Positions 19,117-29,252 of a DNA stretch of 64,000 nucleotides are shown here, in pieces (positions within the stretch are counted from its first letter, which is position 1; every line of letters starts with the position of its first letter). The position numbers and the translations under genes were made by a program. The notes below the pieces were generated by a model that searched no databases, had not been told where the DNA came from, and saw only the letters and a list, made by a program, of their open reading frames with translations. Origin of the DNA: Nitrosopumilus sp. (GTDB taxonomy: Archaea; Thermoproteota; Nitrososphaeria; Nitrososphaerales; Nitrosopumilaceae); contig OZ244650.1 in assembly GCA_965218785.1 (NCBI GenBank), forward strand, positions 1,184,001 to 1,248,000, read 5' to 3'.

Positions 19117-19835
19117 CTCTTGCATTTGCATTACGTGGAAGTAATGGACTGGTTCTGGGTGCTGACAGTAGGGTTTCAAGTGCATTAGGAAGTGCGGATA
19201 CATCCACAAAATTCTTACAGGTAAATCGAGAAATAGGAATTTTAACTTATGGTCTAGCTGAAGTGGGATACAAGAGTATCCATTCTATAGTTGATCAGGT
19301 TAATGGTTATTCTGATTTTTCAGCCACGGCTACTCCTAGAATAGTGCATTTTTCTGAAATAACTAGGAAAACTCAAGAAATTTGTAAAAAAACTTATGAT
19401 GATATTGTAACAGAAATCAAGAAAAAAGACCCTAAAATAACTGATAGAGATCTAACTGTGGGATTCATACTTGCAGGATATGACGCTAATGAAACAAATC
19501 AATTTAAGATATATCATTTTGAAAGTCCAGACTTCAAAATAGAGGAAAGGCCGGGGGATATTATTGCTGCAAAATGGCATATTTCCCAATTTCTATCTAA
19601 CCATTTCTATTATCAAGAAATGGATGTAGAACAACTAAAACGATTGGCAAGTTTTATGTTAATTGAAACTGGAGTGATATCTACTTCTGTAGGAGGTAAA
19701 TTAAAGATTGCAACTGTAACATTAGAAAATGGTTTTCAATTACTTAACGAAAAAGAAATACAGGGGATTATTTCTGAAAATCAACCTCGTTTTGCAAAAT
19801 ATAGGAGAATTTTATTAGATAATTTACGATCTTAA
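19113..19835 (+). CDS. Proteasome beta-type (Ntn) threonine hydrolase
   Basis: M-T1LAFALRGSNGLVLGAD17SR...K32...YG46, FILAGYD, SVGG; ATGA overlap with the upstream paralogue. Confidence 0.8.
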   Translation: MTLAFALRGSNGLVLGADSRVSSALGSADTSTKFLQVNREIGILTYGLAEVGYKSIHSIVDQVNGYSDFSATATPRIVHFSEITRKTQEICKKTYDDIVTEIKKKDPKITDRDLTVGFILAGYDANETNQFKIYHFESPDFKIEERPGDIIAAKWHISQFLSNHFYYQEMDVEQLKRLASFMLIETGVISTSVGGKLKIATVTLENGFQLLNEKEIQGIISENQPRFAKYRRILLDNLRS

Positions 19836-20447
19836 TTTCTTTAAAAATCAAATTTATGTAATTAAATTAAACGTATTTTTCATTTTCAAGTATGATACGT
19901 TGATCTTGCTGTGAATAAAATACTGCAATATCCACTGTATACACGCTTATGATGCCTGCCCCACACTCTCCTTTTTGGACGGCATCATCTGTTTCCACAA
20001 GAAACACAAGTGGACAGATAAGACGCAGATTTCTAGCACGAGAGATGATTTGATGGAAGAGTCATAATAATAATATACCACAAAAACAAGGTTGTACTAG
20101 CTGATGATTAATCAATAAACTAAGCTATTCCTGATAGATGATGAGTTTGCCGAATTATGAAGCAGAACCGTTTTTATGGCATATGATGCCAGACCCAAAA
20201 ACAAACAGTTGCAGACATCCTCAAGTTAAAAAAGACACCTTCAAAACCGCATTAAACATTTGGTACCACCAGATATGCCGTCATACAGAAAATGGCATGC
20301 AGACTACAAACAGGGTGGTTGCCTATCTTAGTTTCAGTCGTATTTGATCCTTCTCTCTCCCTTCTTTTTTACGCCGCATCAAAACGGCCATCAGATTCCA
20401 AACATCCTCGCTAGATACGCAGATCATAAAAACTCCCGGGGCATAAA

Positions 20448-20885
20448 TCAGACACCCATCGCCTCCTTGAGAAGGTTCCTTCTAATTAAAATGGGAATGT
20501 TATACAGCGATGCCAGCGCCATGGCATCAGATGCCCGATAGTTTCTCAATATCAGATCCTTCTTGCCTGTAAAGTACAGATTTGCCCGCAGCACCTTGCC
20601 GCTTTCATAGATTTTTACCTTGACTAGAACCAGTTCATTTTCTTCACAAATTTCCTCGATCATCCGATAAACTGACGGGATCTTCTCTGCCTGTTCCTTT
20701 CCATCAAAACTTGAGATGTGCCTTACAACCTCGCCGGAAAACGCGCGCATGGGAAACTCTTTTCCATCATCGGCCTTTAACACGGCGATCCCCTCAAGTG
20801 CATACGGATCAACAAACCCCACGTAATCAATCTTGACTGATTCATAATCAGGCTCCTGTGCTTGATTGATGTCCATGATATGCAT
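20448..20885 (-). CDS. Bifunctional nuclease family (DUF151) protein
   Basis: RASDAMALA...PILI motif. Confidence 0.8.
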   Translation of the reverse strand: MHIMDINQAQEPDYESVKIDYVGFVDPYALEGIAVLKADDGKEFPMRAFSGEVVRHISSFDGKEQAEKIPSVYRMIEEICEENELVLVKVKIYESGKVLRANLYFTGKKDLILRNYRASDAMALASLYNIPILIRRNLLKEAMGV

Positions 20886-21004
20886 AACTGTGCTTTATAC
20901 TTATAAAGATAGCAAAATCTAGGGATCAGACGGGTAAAACAGCGCAAACTATTTTGTAACAATCAGGATTATGCGCAATACCAAATTATTTAAAATCCCC
21001 AATT

Positions 21005-22834
21005 ATGGATAGCTTGTTGTCGACAAATCCGGGGCGATCCGTATCATACGTGCTAAGCAAGTATGTTACAAAATACATGGATACAGACGTGCTGATACTT
21101 GATCAGGGTACATCCACAAGGGATGCCACCAGAATGCTGCAACACTACGAGACAGACGATATAGTAGTCACAGATAACAACAATCTTCCAGTCGGAATTG
21201 TAACAGACCAGGATATCCTAAGCAAGGTCAGTGATGTTACCGTTTACGCAGAGGCCACCACGCTCAAGGACATCATGAGTACGCCGCTTATCACGATCAA
21301 TGAAAAAGCAACGCTGCAGGAGGCCTTGAATAAAATGAGATCCAACGACATCAGAAAACTTCCCGTAATAACAAAAAAGAACCAGGTAGTCGGGATGATC
21401 CTGCAGACGGCCATCGCAAACGTGATTAGAGAAGCTACTGGCACCCCGCCGCGTCTTTTGAGCCCTCCTGTAAAGGCGGTTCTGGGAAACCTCGGGTTTG
21501 TCCTGCAGTTTGCAGGAGTCCTGCTGATAGTGCCTGCCATCGTTGCAACGCTGCTAGAGGAGACCACTACTGCCACCGGAATTTATCTCACCACGGTCCT
21601 TTTGCTAGTTACGGGATTCTTTTTGAACTCTTATGGCGAGAAATCAAGCCTTAATTTACAGCAGGCCTCGATTCTGGTCTTTTCAAGCCTGTTTCTGCTG
21701 TCGTTATTTGGCACCATACCGTATCTGTACGTGTTTCCCAGCGATGATACGGCAGTAGAGGTGTTTGGAAACGCGTTTTTCTCAAGCGCGGCAGGATTCA
21801 CAACCGGCGGAATCTCGTTGTTTGACGAGCCAGAAAACCTCTCGCAGAGCTTTACATTCTACCGTAGTTACACCCAGCTAGTCGGGGGCATGAGTTTCAT
21901 CTATCTGGTGATTACGGCGTTTTATCCCGAATCAAAGTTACAGTCCATGCGCGGTTTCATATCAGGAAGAACGCTTCACATGAAGGAGCTCTTTTCGACC
22001 ATCACCGTCATCTTTGCCGTATACATCATAATTGTTGCAACCCTGCTGTATATCCTGGGGGAGCAGGAGAGCCTGCTAGATGACTTTTCACTGGCAATGA
22101 GCACGCTGGCAACAGGCGGATTCATCCCGACATCAACGATTCTTGATGGGTTGCTGTGGCAGGAACAAGTCGTCTTGATGGGGGCGATGATACTAGGTGC
22201 GCTGCCATTTACGTTCCACTATGCGTTTGTCAGAAAAAAGTTCCTCTCACCAAAGCTTGGAAAGGAGGTCCTGACATATTTTTCAATACTGGCAGTGGCA
22301 ATAGTCCTGTTTACTGCCATCAGCGGCCTGGATCCCATACAGGGCGCGTTTTATTCCATATCAGCTAGCACCACAGCGGGATTACAACAGGAGAGTCTTG
22401 CAGGACTTGGAGGCGGGGCGCACACCATCCTGATAATTCTGATGCTTATCGGGGGGTGTGGATTCTCAACTGCAGGCGGCCTGAAGATATTCAGGCTGTT
22501 TCATCTGTGGGATGTCCGGGCATTATTTAGCAAGATAAAAAGGGACCAGTTATCAAGGCAGGCAAAAAAAGAGGTCATTGCAACTCTGATCATAATAGCG
22601 TTATTCCCCATAATCTCCGCGGTGACCGGGGCGCATCTTGCTGCCATCGAGGATGTGCCGTATCAGGAGGCGTTCTTTGAGGCAGTAGGAGTCATCACCA
22701 CCGGGGGGCTGTCTGCGGGGGTGATTGATTCAGATACGGATCCTGCAACAAAGATAGTTCTGGGGTTTCTGATGATATTTGGCAGGCTGGAGATTATTGC
22801 AATCATCTACATTTTCATCCCCAGGCTTAGCTAG
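21005..22834 (+). CDS. trkH: CBS-pair / TrkH-type potassium transporter fusion
   Basis: N-terminal CBS pair; four pore loops (FTTGG, LATGG, STTAG, ITTGG); GGCGFSTAGGLK; MIFGRLE. Confidence 0.88.
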   Translation: MDSLLSTNPGRSVSYVLSKYVTKYMDTDVLILDQGTSTRDATRMLQHYETDDIVVTDNNNLPVGIVTDQDILSKVSDVTVYAEATTLKDIMSTPLITINEKATLQEALNKMRSNDIRKLPVITKKNQVVGMILQTAIANVIREATGTPPRLLSPPVKAVLGNLGFVLQFAGVLLIVPAIVATLLEETTTATGIYLTTVLLLVTGFFLNSYGEKSSLNLQQASILVFSSLFLLSLFGTIPYLYVFPSDDTAVEVFGNAFFSSAAGFTTGGISLFDEPENLSQSFTFYRSYTQLVGGMSFIYLVITAFYPESKLQSMRGFISGRTLHMKELFSTITVIFAVYIIIVATLLYILGEQESLLDDFSLAMSTLATGGFIPTSTILDGLLWQEQVVLMGAMILGALPFTFHYAFVRKKFLSPKLGKEVLTYFSILAVAIVLFTAISGLDPIQGAFYSISASTTAGLQQESLAGLGGGAHTILIILMLIGGCGFSTAGGLKIFRLFHLWDVRALFSKIKRDQLSRQAKKEVIATLIIIALFPIISAVTGAHLAAIEDVPYQEAFFEAVGVITTGGLSAGVIDSDTDPATKIVLGFLMIFGRLEIIAIIYIFIPRLS

Positions 22835-22907
22835 CATGATGGTAATCTTTTATCTGACGATATTCTAATCCATACAGGAATGATGCAGATGATTCTAAAA
22901 ATATAAG

Positions 22908-23642
22908 TTGTGCAAATCCCGGGAGAATACAGATGTTCGGAGCTGCATGGTCACGATGAAATTGAATAAAATATACGTTGGAATCATTGTATTATCTGTA
23001 ATTGTGGTATCTTTTGGAATCCTGTCATACCATGAAGAATCAGATTACGATGTACAGTATTTTACTCCTACAGTCAAATTGGCAGATGCACGAGCTGTGG
23101 ATATTATAACACCTCCAGAATTGTGTACTGACCTGTTAAATGATCTAAAAAAACAACATCCTGGCAAAATCAAGACACTACGTATGCTGCCTGATGGGTA
23201 TAAACTGACATCTTTTAGTGGTGATTTTAGTTTTGATTCTGATGGCATTTCGGCATTTACGTTTTATGAATCCGGAGATACTGAGTGTGGTTCCAGTATA
23301 CCCGGTAGTCCGTCTACCCATGGCATGATTAGCATAATGATACAAACATATGATGACTCTGAATTTGATACAATGGCACAACTAATTGCATGGGTTGCTG
23401 AAAAAATCCGTATAGAAAATCGCACCAATGTCATTGAAATCAATGGATATATGACTTGGGCCAAACCACCAAAACTTGCAACTGAAGAAGTTTTGTTTAA
23501 AAATGGAACCGTACTTCACACCCAAAAAGTTACACGTCCTGGTTATGTAACCGTGCTTGATGAAGAGAGCGACTTGGTATACCGGATTGAAGGCTATTTT
23601 TCATTGGATGATCTCAAAATAATGGCAGAATCCCTAAGATGA
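22908..23642 (+). CDS. Membrane-anchored/secreted hypothetical protein (start may be later)
   Basis: Hydrophobic signal or anchor after MKLNK; C-terminal SLDDLKIMAESL. Confidence 0.6.
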   Translation: MCKSRENTDVRSCMVTMKLNKIYVGIIVLSVIVVSFGILSYHEESDYDVQYFTPTVKLADARAVDIITPPELCTDLLNDLKKQHPGKIKTLRMLPDGYKLTSFSGDFSFDSDGISAFTFYESGDTECGSSIPGSPSTHGMISIMIQTYDDSEFDTMAQLIAWVAEKIRIENRTNVIEINGYMTWAKPPKLATEEVLFKNGTVLHTQKVTRPGYVTVLDEESDLVYRIEGYFSLDDLKIMAESLR

Positions 23643-23752
23643 AAAGATTATTTTTATCTCTTGGTTCCATCCTTCTTGTGGGGTATCCCTGATGTCATGC
23701 AGACGACTGCATTACATTTTTTAATTAGTTCAGCACCAAAAGGATGTAAATT

Positions 23753-24690
23753 TCAAATTTTCTGTCCATTTAAATGAGGAATTATGGATTCGTTGAGAAA
23801 GTCCTCCAATTTGTTTTTAAATTCAATGAATTTGCCCTCATCTACATCCCGCAAAAGGAGATTCTTTTCATCGCCCCATCTAAATAATTCTCCGGACTTT
23901 AACAATTCTAGTTTTGCCTGTAAATTAACACGATATTTTCTATTCCAATTTGTGGAATGGTTTATTTTTTTAATTGAATTTTCTTGTATTTCAGATAGCA
24001 ATATGTCGAATTTCCCACATACCAAAAAAATATCCAAAAAATCTCGGGCCTTTATTCCCCGCCTAGTCATTATTGCACGAATTTTTTCACACAATATCTC
24101 TTCAGGTCTGTATACATGGAATTTCAGCTTCTCAAAATAGGGGTGTGATTATCAAAAACATAACTCAAACTTTCATCTTCTGAAACAAGGCTTGATAGGT
24201 CTCTTAATTCTGAATCATAACAGATACGTTCTACGAAATTGAATTGAATTTTTATCTCAGATAACTTTTTCTCAATTTCTGACTCGTATCTTACAAACAG
24301 GGTAAGCATTTTGCCTCCTCCACCAAATGCAAAATAACTGGGATTGTTTTTTTCAGCTTTAAAGTCAAGAGAAAATTTTACTGCGATTTTTTCAAAAAGC
24401 TTGCCTATCTGTTCTGCTTGAACAGATGTATACCTCTCAATTCCTTCATGGGATTTTCCAACAAATATGAACTGATCATTCCATGTAAAATCTAGATCTT
24501 CTGAGAATCTATAGTATCCCAAATATGCTTTTATTAGACAAGTTCCTCCTTTGAAAGTAAAATTATTTGAAAAATAGCCATCTTGGCACAAACAGGAAAG
24601 AATTTCATGCAATATTATGTCCTTTTCAAGTAGCGCCCTCTTCCGGATAGAAAACTTTTCAGATATCTTATTAATTAATTTCTCTCTCAT
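23753..24690 (-). pseudogene. AbiEii-family nucleotidyltransferase toxin, split by a single frameshift near 24140
   Basis: EKD, FKGGTCLIKAYLGYYRFSEDLDF in ORF1; EEILCEKIRAI...RDFLD in ORF2; frames join across the G4 run. Confidence 0.8.
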
Positions 24691-25309
24691 GTAATATCTC
24701 CTGAATTACTTTTCTCGTAGTTTTTGGATAATGTTTTGAATATTTTTTCATTATATCCACGGATACGTTCAGACTCCAATCATATACATCTGAAATTATT
24801 CTTTTATTTGATTTTCCATTGTATTTTCCCAAATAAATAAAATCAAGGATTGTTTTTTCTGGATCAGAGAACTTTGTCATTCCATGTTTTTTTATTCCAA
24901 AACACATTAATTTTTTTGAAATTTTTATAAATCTGAATTTATGATCGTCTATTGTCATTGGATTTTGTCGGAATATCGAATCGCTGATAATATAGTCGAC
25001 TGTAAAAGTCTCATGTGTCATGTTATTAAATTTGAGTGCGGTGTAAAGACCACAATACCAATTTTCTACGCCCTTTATCTCAAGTCCTTTTGCAACTAGT
25101 TCAAGATGATTGTGTCTAGTATTACGAACAGGGGGAACTACGTGAAATATTCCTCGAAATATTCTTTGCAGGTATTTTTGTGCTTCAAGATATTTTATTG
25201 CATTATCATATTGAAATCCTGCAATCTTGCAGAATTCTTTTATCTCATATGCGGTGACAAATTCCTGTCCTCGGACATCCAATCTTTGCATGAGATCTGT
25301 GATCATCAT
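24671..25309 (-). CDS. AbiEi-like type IV antitoxin / transcriptional regulator
   Basis: wHTH with RIFRGIF, YCGLYTAL, SDPEKTILDFIY; overlaps the AbiEii start. Confidence 0.8.
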   Translation of the reverse strand: MMITDLMQRLDVRGQEFVTAYEIKEFCKIAGFQYDNAIKYLEAQKYLQRIFRGIFHVVPPVRNTRHNHLELVAKGLEIKGVENWYCGLYTALKFNNMTHETFTVDYIISDSIFRQNPMTIDDHKFRFIKISKKLMCFGIKKHGMTKFSDPEKTILDFIYLGKYNGKSNKRIISDVYDWSLNVSVDIMKKYSKHYPKTTRKVIQEILHEREIN

Positions 25310-25359
25310 TTATATCACAATCTCTTATATCATATGCTATTTTAATATATATCATAATC

Positions 25360-25392
25360 GGTACTGTGTAATCGTCGGGATCTGATTATATC
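25360..25392 (+). mobile_element. IS6-like terminal inverted repeat (left-end orientation), orphan
   Basis: GGTACTGTGTAATCGTCGGGATCTGATTATAT resembles the TIR at 28865 and the ends at 12183 and 43767. Confidence 0.6.
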
Positions 25393-25503
25393 AGGTTCAC
25401 TGTAGAGTAATTGTAGCCATATCTTGTTTTTTCAATCTGCATGTCACAGATACCAATGGTATTGTTGATATGGTACCATTTTGTCAACTTTGGGTTCAAG
25501 AAA

Positions 25504-25677
25504 TTACGTAGCGGTTTCTTTTCTCTTGGCAAGGTACGGCTGCAGGTCTGATTTTATCTCTTCTGGAATGTCCTCGTATTTGAACAGTCCCATAGTAAGA
25601 CCCTGCAAAATGTTGGGCAACGTAAGCCATTCGGTTTTTAGATGGGGCGGACCGAATGTGTTTTTGTACCTCTTCAT
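25504..25677 (-). CDS. 57-aa hypothetical protein (MKRYKNTFGPPHLKTEWLTLPNILQGLTMGLFKYEDIPEEIK...)
   Basis: Manual translation, below the ORF-track cutoff. Confidence 0.4.
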   Translation of the reverse strand: MKRYKNTFGPPHLKTEWLTLPNILQGLTMGLFKYEDIPEEIKSDLQPYLAKRKETAT

Positions 25678-25763
25678 GATATAAAGTCTACACTCCCATT
25701 ACTTAATCATTATCACGGATTTTCGTGCATAATTTTTCCCTATCTCAAGTATTTTGTCTTCAT

Positions 25764-26078
25764 TTACTCCATGATTGATCGGATAGGATACATCCCGTAC
25801 TCGTATCCCTCTTGACTAGTCCATCCTCCAAACAATGGAAGCATGTCAATGCAGACAACCTGCTCATATGCAGGTTCCAAATCTTCAATGCCGTCCTTGT
25901 TGTTGGTAATAGCTATGATGTATAACGGATCCCTGCTGTTTGAGAACATCCTGTGCAATCTTTTGGCATGTATCGGATTTCCCACTGCGTCAAAACCTTC
26001 GCCCGTAGTTGGGTCAAATGAATAGTTTGCAAGGTCAGTGTCGTCTAGAAAATATTCAAGTCTCTTTATAGCATCCAA
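25764..26078 (-). CDS. Hypothetical protein, possibly 5'-damaged
   Basis: 104-aa ORF; its upstream ~83 bp (26086-26168) is duplicated at 27371-27454. Confidence 0.45.
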   Translation of the reverse strand: MDAIKRLEYFLDDTDLANYSFDPTTGEGFDAVGNPIHAKRLHRMFSNSRDPLYIIAITNNKDGIEDLEPAYEQVVCIDMLPLFGGWTSQEGYEYGMYPIRSIME

Positions 26079-26168
26079 ATATGGAGAACCTGCGTATTAT
26101 TCTGCATTTCTTTCATTAAGAAAAGAATTTAAAACAATTCCAGAACTTGTTCATTTATTATCATTAAA

Positions 26169-26517
26169 TGGTGAGGACCCCCTCTAGAATGAGACCGCTT
26201 GCATACATACACTTTTTGAGCAAGTTGGGGGGTAAAACACCATTTCCAAATACCATACTCAAAGCAGAACTGACATGTCGAATCATTCCACCGGACACTC
26301 AAAAAAGGGTATTTGTGGCCACACGAGTTTGCAAGTTATCAGGATGTCGAGGCAGTCATTGCAGATGCATGCAGGATTACAACCACTCTAGGATCCATTC
26401 GGCACCGGGATATGTGACTCCTGAGGAATTCTTATCAGAAGGGGGGATGAGAAATAAATAATGGTAACTGTATGTAAAAACATGCAAAAAGCGTTCTCAT
26501 TAGAGGGGTCCACTCCA
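26169..26517 (+). mobile_element. IS3-family-derived MITE / internally deleted IS
   Basis: TG...CA ends with imperfect TIR (tggtgaggaccccctctagaatgagaccgctt vs revcomp tggagtggacccctctaatgagaacgctt); internal DYNHSRIHSAPGYVTPEEF matches the integrase-core C-terminus. Confidence 0.7.
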
Positions 26518-26547
26518 ATATTTTAACTGGTCATGATGGTTTGAAAC

Positions 26548-26916
26548 ATGAAACCAACCTTAGATGATATAATTTCTAATTTGAACAATAAATTTAATGT
26601 CACAGATATCAAAACATTAAAAGAATTTCTTTATAATCTGATTCAGACAATAGATAATTTTGGCGAACGGTTCATCCAGGTTACAGATATGATAAACGAG
26701 TTCGTGAATACAAAAGCTAGTGGGTCTGAAAACAAAATAGATGTTTTCAGAGATGAGGAGATTGATGATTTTGAGTCAATAGCAATAGAGTGTTACATAA
26801 AAGGGGCAACTAGTATTCAGTGTATTCAATGGACAGATGAGGTTATTTCAAAAATAATTGGTATTGATGAAAAAATGTTAAATCTTCTTCAAATAGAGGT
26901 TATTCCTCATGAGTAA
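26548..26916 (+). CDS. Hypothetical AT-rich protein
   Basis: 122-aa ORF; no recognisable motif. Confidence 0.5.
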   Translation: MKPTLDDIISNLNNKFNVTDIKTLKEFLYNLIQTIDNFGERFIQVTDMINEFVNTKASGSENKIDVFRDEEIDDFESIAIECYIKGATSIQCIQWTDEVISKIIGIDEKMLNLLQIEVIPHE

Positions 26917-27089
26917 TTTGGATAATTTTACACCCTAGGATTATTCGGATATTAGTTCAAGTATTGATAAAATGAAAAATGGTGTTTGAACATAATACCC
27001 AAAAATTACCACAGATGATCAGGGCCTAGTCAAGGCACAGTCGAAACTTTTGGTTTCATGAAATATCATTACGCGGTACGGCATCAGTT

Positions 27090-27290
27090 GACTTTGCAGT
27101 AAATCCTTTTCAAAACGTTCTACCCATGAATAATTCAGTTGGGGCATTGCAGCAGATACTGCTATTTCCTGCACGTCCTTGTCGTGCATATAAAACATGT
27201 GTACTGCAAGTATTCATGGTTTTATTTTTGGATCTATTTCTTTTTTCTATAATTTTTTGAAATCTTCCTGTATGATTGATCTCATTGTTT
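27090..27290 (-). pseudogene. IS630-like transposase N-terminal relic
   Basis: KKEIDPKIKP*ILAVHMFYMHDKDVQEIA...YSWVERFEK HTH pattern with stops. Confidence 0.45.
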
Positions 27291-27557
27291 TAAGACGTGG
27301 ATCGTGCAACCCGTCACGGAGATCCCCCCCCCCATACTGGATTCTAGTAATCTGATCACCAAAATGCATCAGAACCTGCGTATTATTCTGCATTTCTTTC
27401 ATTAAGAAAAGAATTTAAAATAATTCCAGAACTTGTTCATTTAGTATCATTAAACCAGATAATTATATAAAGAATCAGGGTTTTATGATACTAAAGTAAT
27501 TGTAACACCCTAACCTTAATTCATATCTTTTTTAAGGAAAGTTAGCATAAACGATAC

Positions 27558-27955
27558 ATGTCAGATATAAATTAAATTGATTCTCCCCCACTTTCAGACG
27601 AAGAAATTGCAGACATTAAGGAATTTTACAGCAATCCAAAAGTTCGCAAAATTGGGACAAAGAATTGCCTGACGAACTACACAGTGATTAAAAGTTGTGG
27701 GATCTAAAATGGGTAAATCAATTCACTAGGCAATATAAGAAACCGGATTCCAACACGCAACATATTGTAGATAATGCGCTTGCAGGTATTTATCCTCTAC
27801 AAATCCCTCCAGTCTTTGAGTGTACAAGCAAAACATGAGAACTTTTTCTTGTGATCTTTGCAAAAAATATCGTATAGGTATTCAATCCGATCCAATGGGG
27901 GAATCATAGACTGCTTCGGGTATGTGACCACAAGTCCGTCTATGGCAAAGACTAG
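27558..27955 (+). pseudogene. Decayed RelB/RelE-like toxin-antitoxin pair
   Basis: Antitoxin relic PLSDEEIADIKEFY (27558-27691); toxin relic MWDLKWVNQFTRQYKK...KKYRI.YSI...LLRVCDHKSVY (27695-27955), frameshifted. Confidence 0.6.
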
Positions 27956-28234
27956 CATCAGAATAATTTTTTTTCTTGCACCCAGCCCCACCGGATGTGA
28001 TGCTCCCAGTATCCCCTCCTCTCCCTCGGTAAACACGAATAACCAAGATGGAATGTCTTGAAAATAACTCAAGAACTTGTGATTGTCACTATAGATACAT
28101 TGGAGTGAGGGGTCAATTACGTACAACCTAATGTGAATAATTTGATTAAACGGATTTAGTGGGACGCTCAAGTATTAATAAAATTTGGAAATGAATTAAG
28201 CATGACACCTAACGCATTACTATAATCCAAAAAC

Positions 28235-28357
28235 CTACTCATTGTCACGGTTAGAATACCACTCAAAGTATTCAAGCTCTTCTTTTGGCATTTTTGCCAC
28301 TGCCTCGGAAACTTCCTTGAACACTTTTGCTACCCATCCTTTTTCAAATTCTTTCAT
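28235..28357 (-). CDS. 40-aa 'KGW' helical micro-protein, copy A (MKEFEKGWVAKVFKEVSEAVAKMPKEELEYFEWYSNRDNE)
   Basis: Manual translation; tatataaaa ~20 nt upstream; paralogue of 28703-28825. Confidence 0.6.
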   Translation of the reverse strand: MKEFEKGWVAKVFKEVSEAVAKMPKEELEYFEWYSNRDNE

Positions 28358-28395
28358 GTGTAATCACTGAATCCGTTTTATATAAGAATATCCTG

Positions 28396-28535
28396 TCATA
28401 ATTTTTCAACTTTGAGATTCTGATCGGCTAATATTTTTTCTAGTAGTTTGATCTCCTGTATCTCCTGGACATGAGGTGTGATGGATTCAACATGTCTCAG
28501 ATCGGCATTATCTGGCATCCATTTAATACTCCCTC
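28396..28535 (-). pseudogene. Duplicated 3' fragment of the dCTP deaminase gene
   Basis: SIKWMPDNADLRHVESITP...NLKVEKL nearly identical to the C-terminus of 34919-36415; breaks at a poly-C run. Confidence 0.85.
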
Positions 28536-28702
28536 CCCCCCCCCTGCAATCCCAGCACGAAAAATGACCAGGGGTAGTAGATCCGGTGCTGATGCTCCCA
28601 AGAAGATATGAGACGCATAGACACAAGTTATAAAATATGAATTTACACAGCTACGTCAGGAATTTGAGTGGGTTGCTTTAAAAATAGAGTGTTATCAAAA
28701 AT

Positions 28703-28825
28703 CTAGTCTTGGTTCCAGTTAGAAAACCGCTTAAAGTATTCACGCTCTTCTTTTGATAATTTTGCCACTGCCTCGGAAGCTTCCTTGAACACTTTTTCTA
28801 CCCATCCTTTTTCAAATTCTCTCAA
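28703..28825 (-). CDS. 40-aa 'KGW' helical micro-protein, copy B (TTG start; alternative ATG at 28864 gives 53 aa)
   Basis: LREFEKGWVEKVFKEASEAVAKLSKEEREYFKRFSNWNQD; TATA and GGAGG upstream. Confidence 0.6.
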   Translation of the reverse strand: MREFEKGWVEKVFKEASEAVAKLSKEEREYFKRFSNWNQD

Positions 28826-29252
28826 TAACCTCCGAATCCGTTTTATATAAGAATATCCCGTCATGGTTCTGTGTAGTTGTGGGGATATGGGCTTGAATTG
28901 CGATCTAATTTGAGTTGCCAAAATTTAATGTAAAAAACGATTCTGTCCCATAATCGAGGGCTAGGCACAGACACCAAATCACGATCTTCTCCAGATTGAA
29001 AATTTTTTGCCTGTTTGAAATTCAGACTTTGTGCTATTTTGAATATCTCTCCAAGTTCTGAAAAACAGTCTATGGAGATCACCCAAACCCATCACGTTTT
29101 TATTATATCTGCCCTCAAAATCATCGAGTGACAATCCAGCGTGTGTCCTGCTTTTCATATCCTGAAAAGCAGTTACATTATATTTTTTGTCTGATTTGAC
29201 TTCCATCATAGAAAATTTAAAGATGGGATTTATTTCAACAACAGGACACAAC

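Noticed and set aside
18469-19835. Housekeeping proteasome psmA/psmB
   Set aside because: Lacks the alpha N-terminal motif, beta propeptide and GSG motif; atypical AT-rich composition
20100-20350. Possible transposase relic (ILKLKKTPSK) downstream of the proteasome-like pair
   Set aside because: Too short and degenerate to support
27797-28171. Minus-strand 124-aa ORF and its paralogue at 36606-36956
   Set aside because: Similarity comes from a DNA duplication; the recognisable coding signal (RelE-like) is on the plus strand
28396-28626. 76-aa ORF as a real gene
   Set aside because: Chimera of unrelated sequence, a poly-C run and the duplicated deaminase tail
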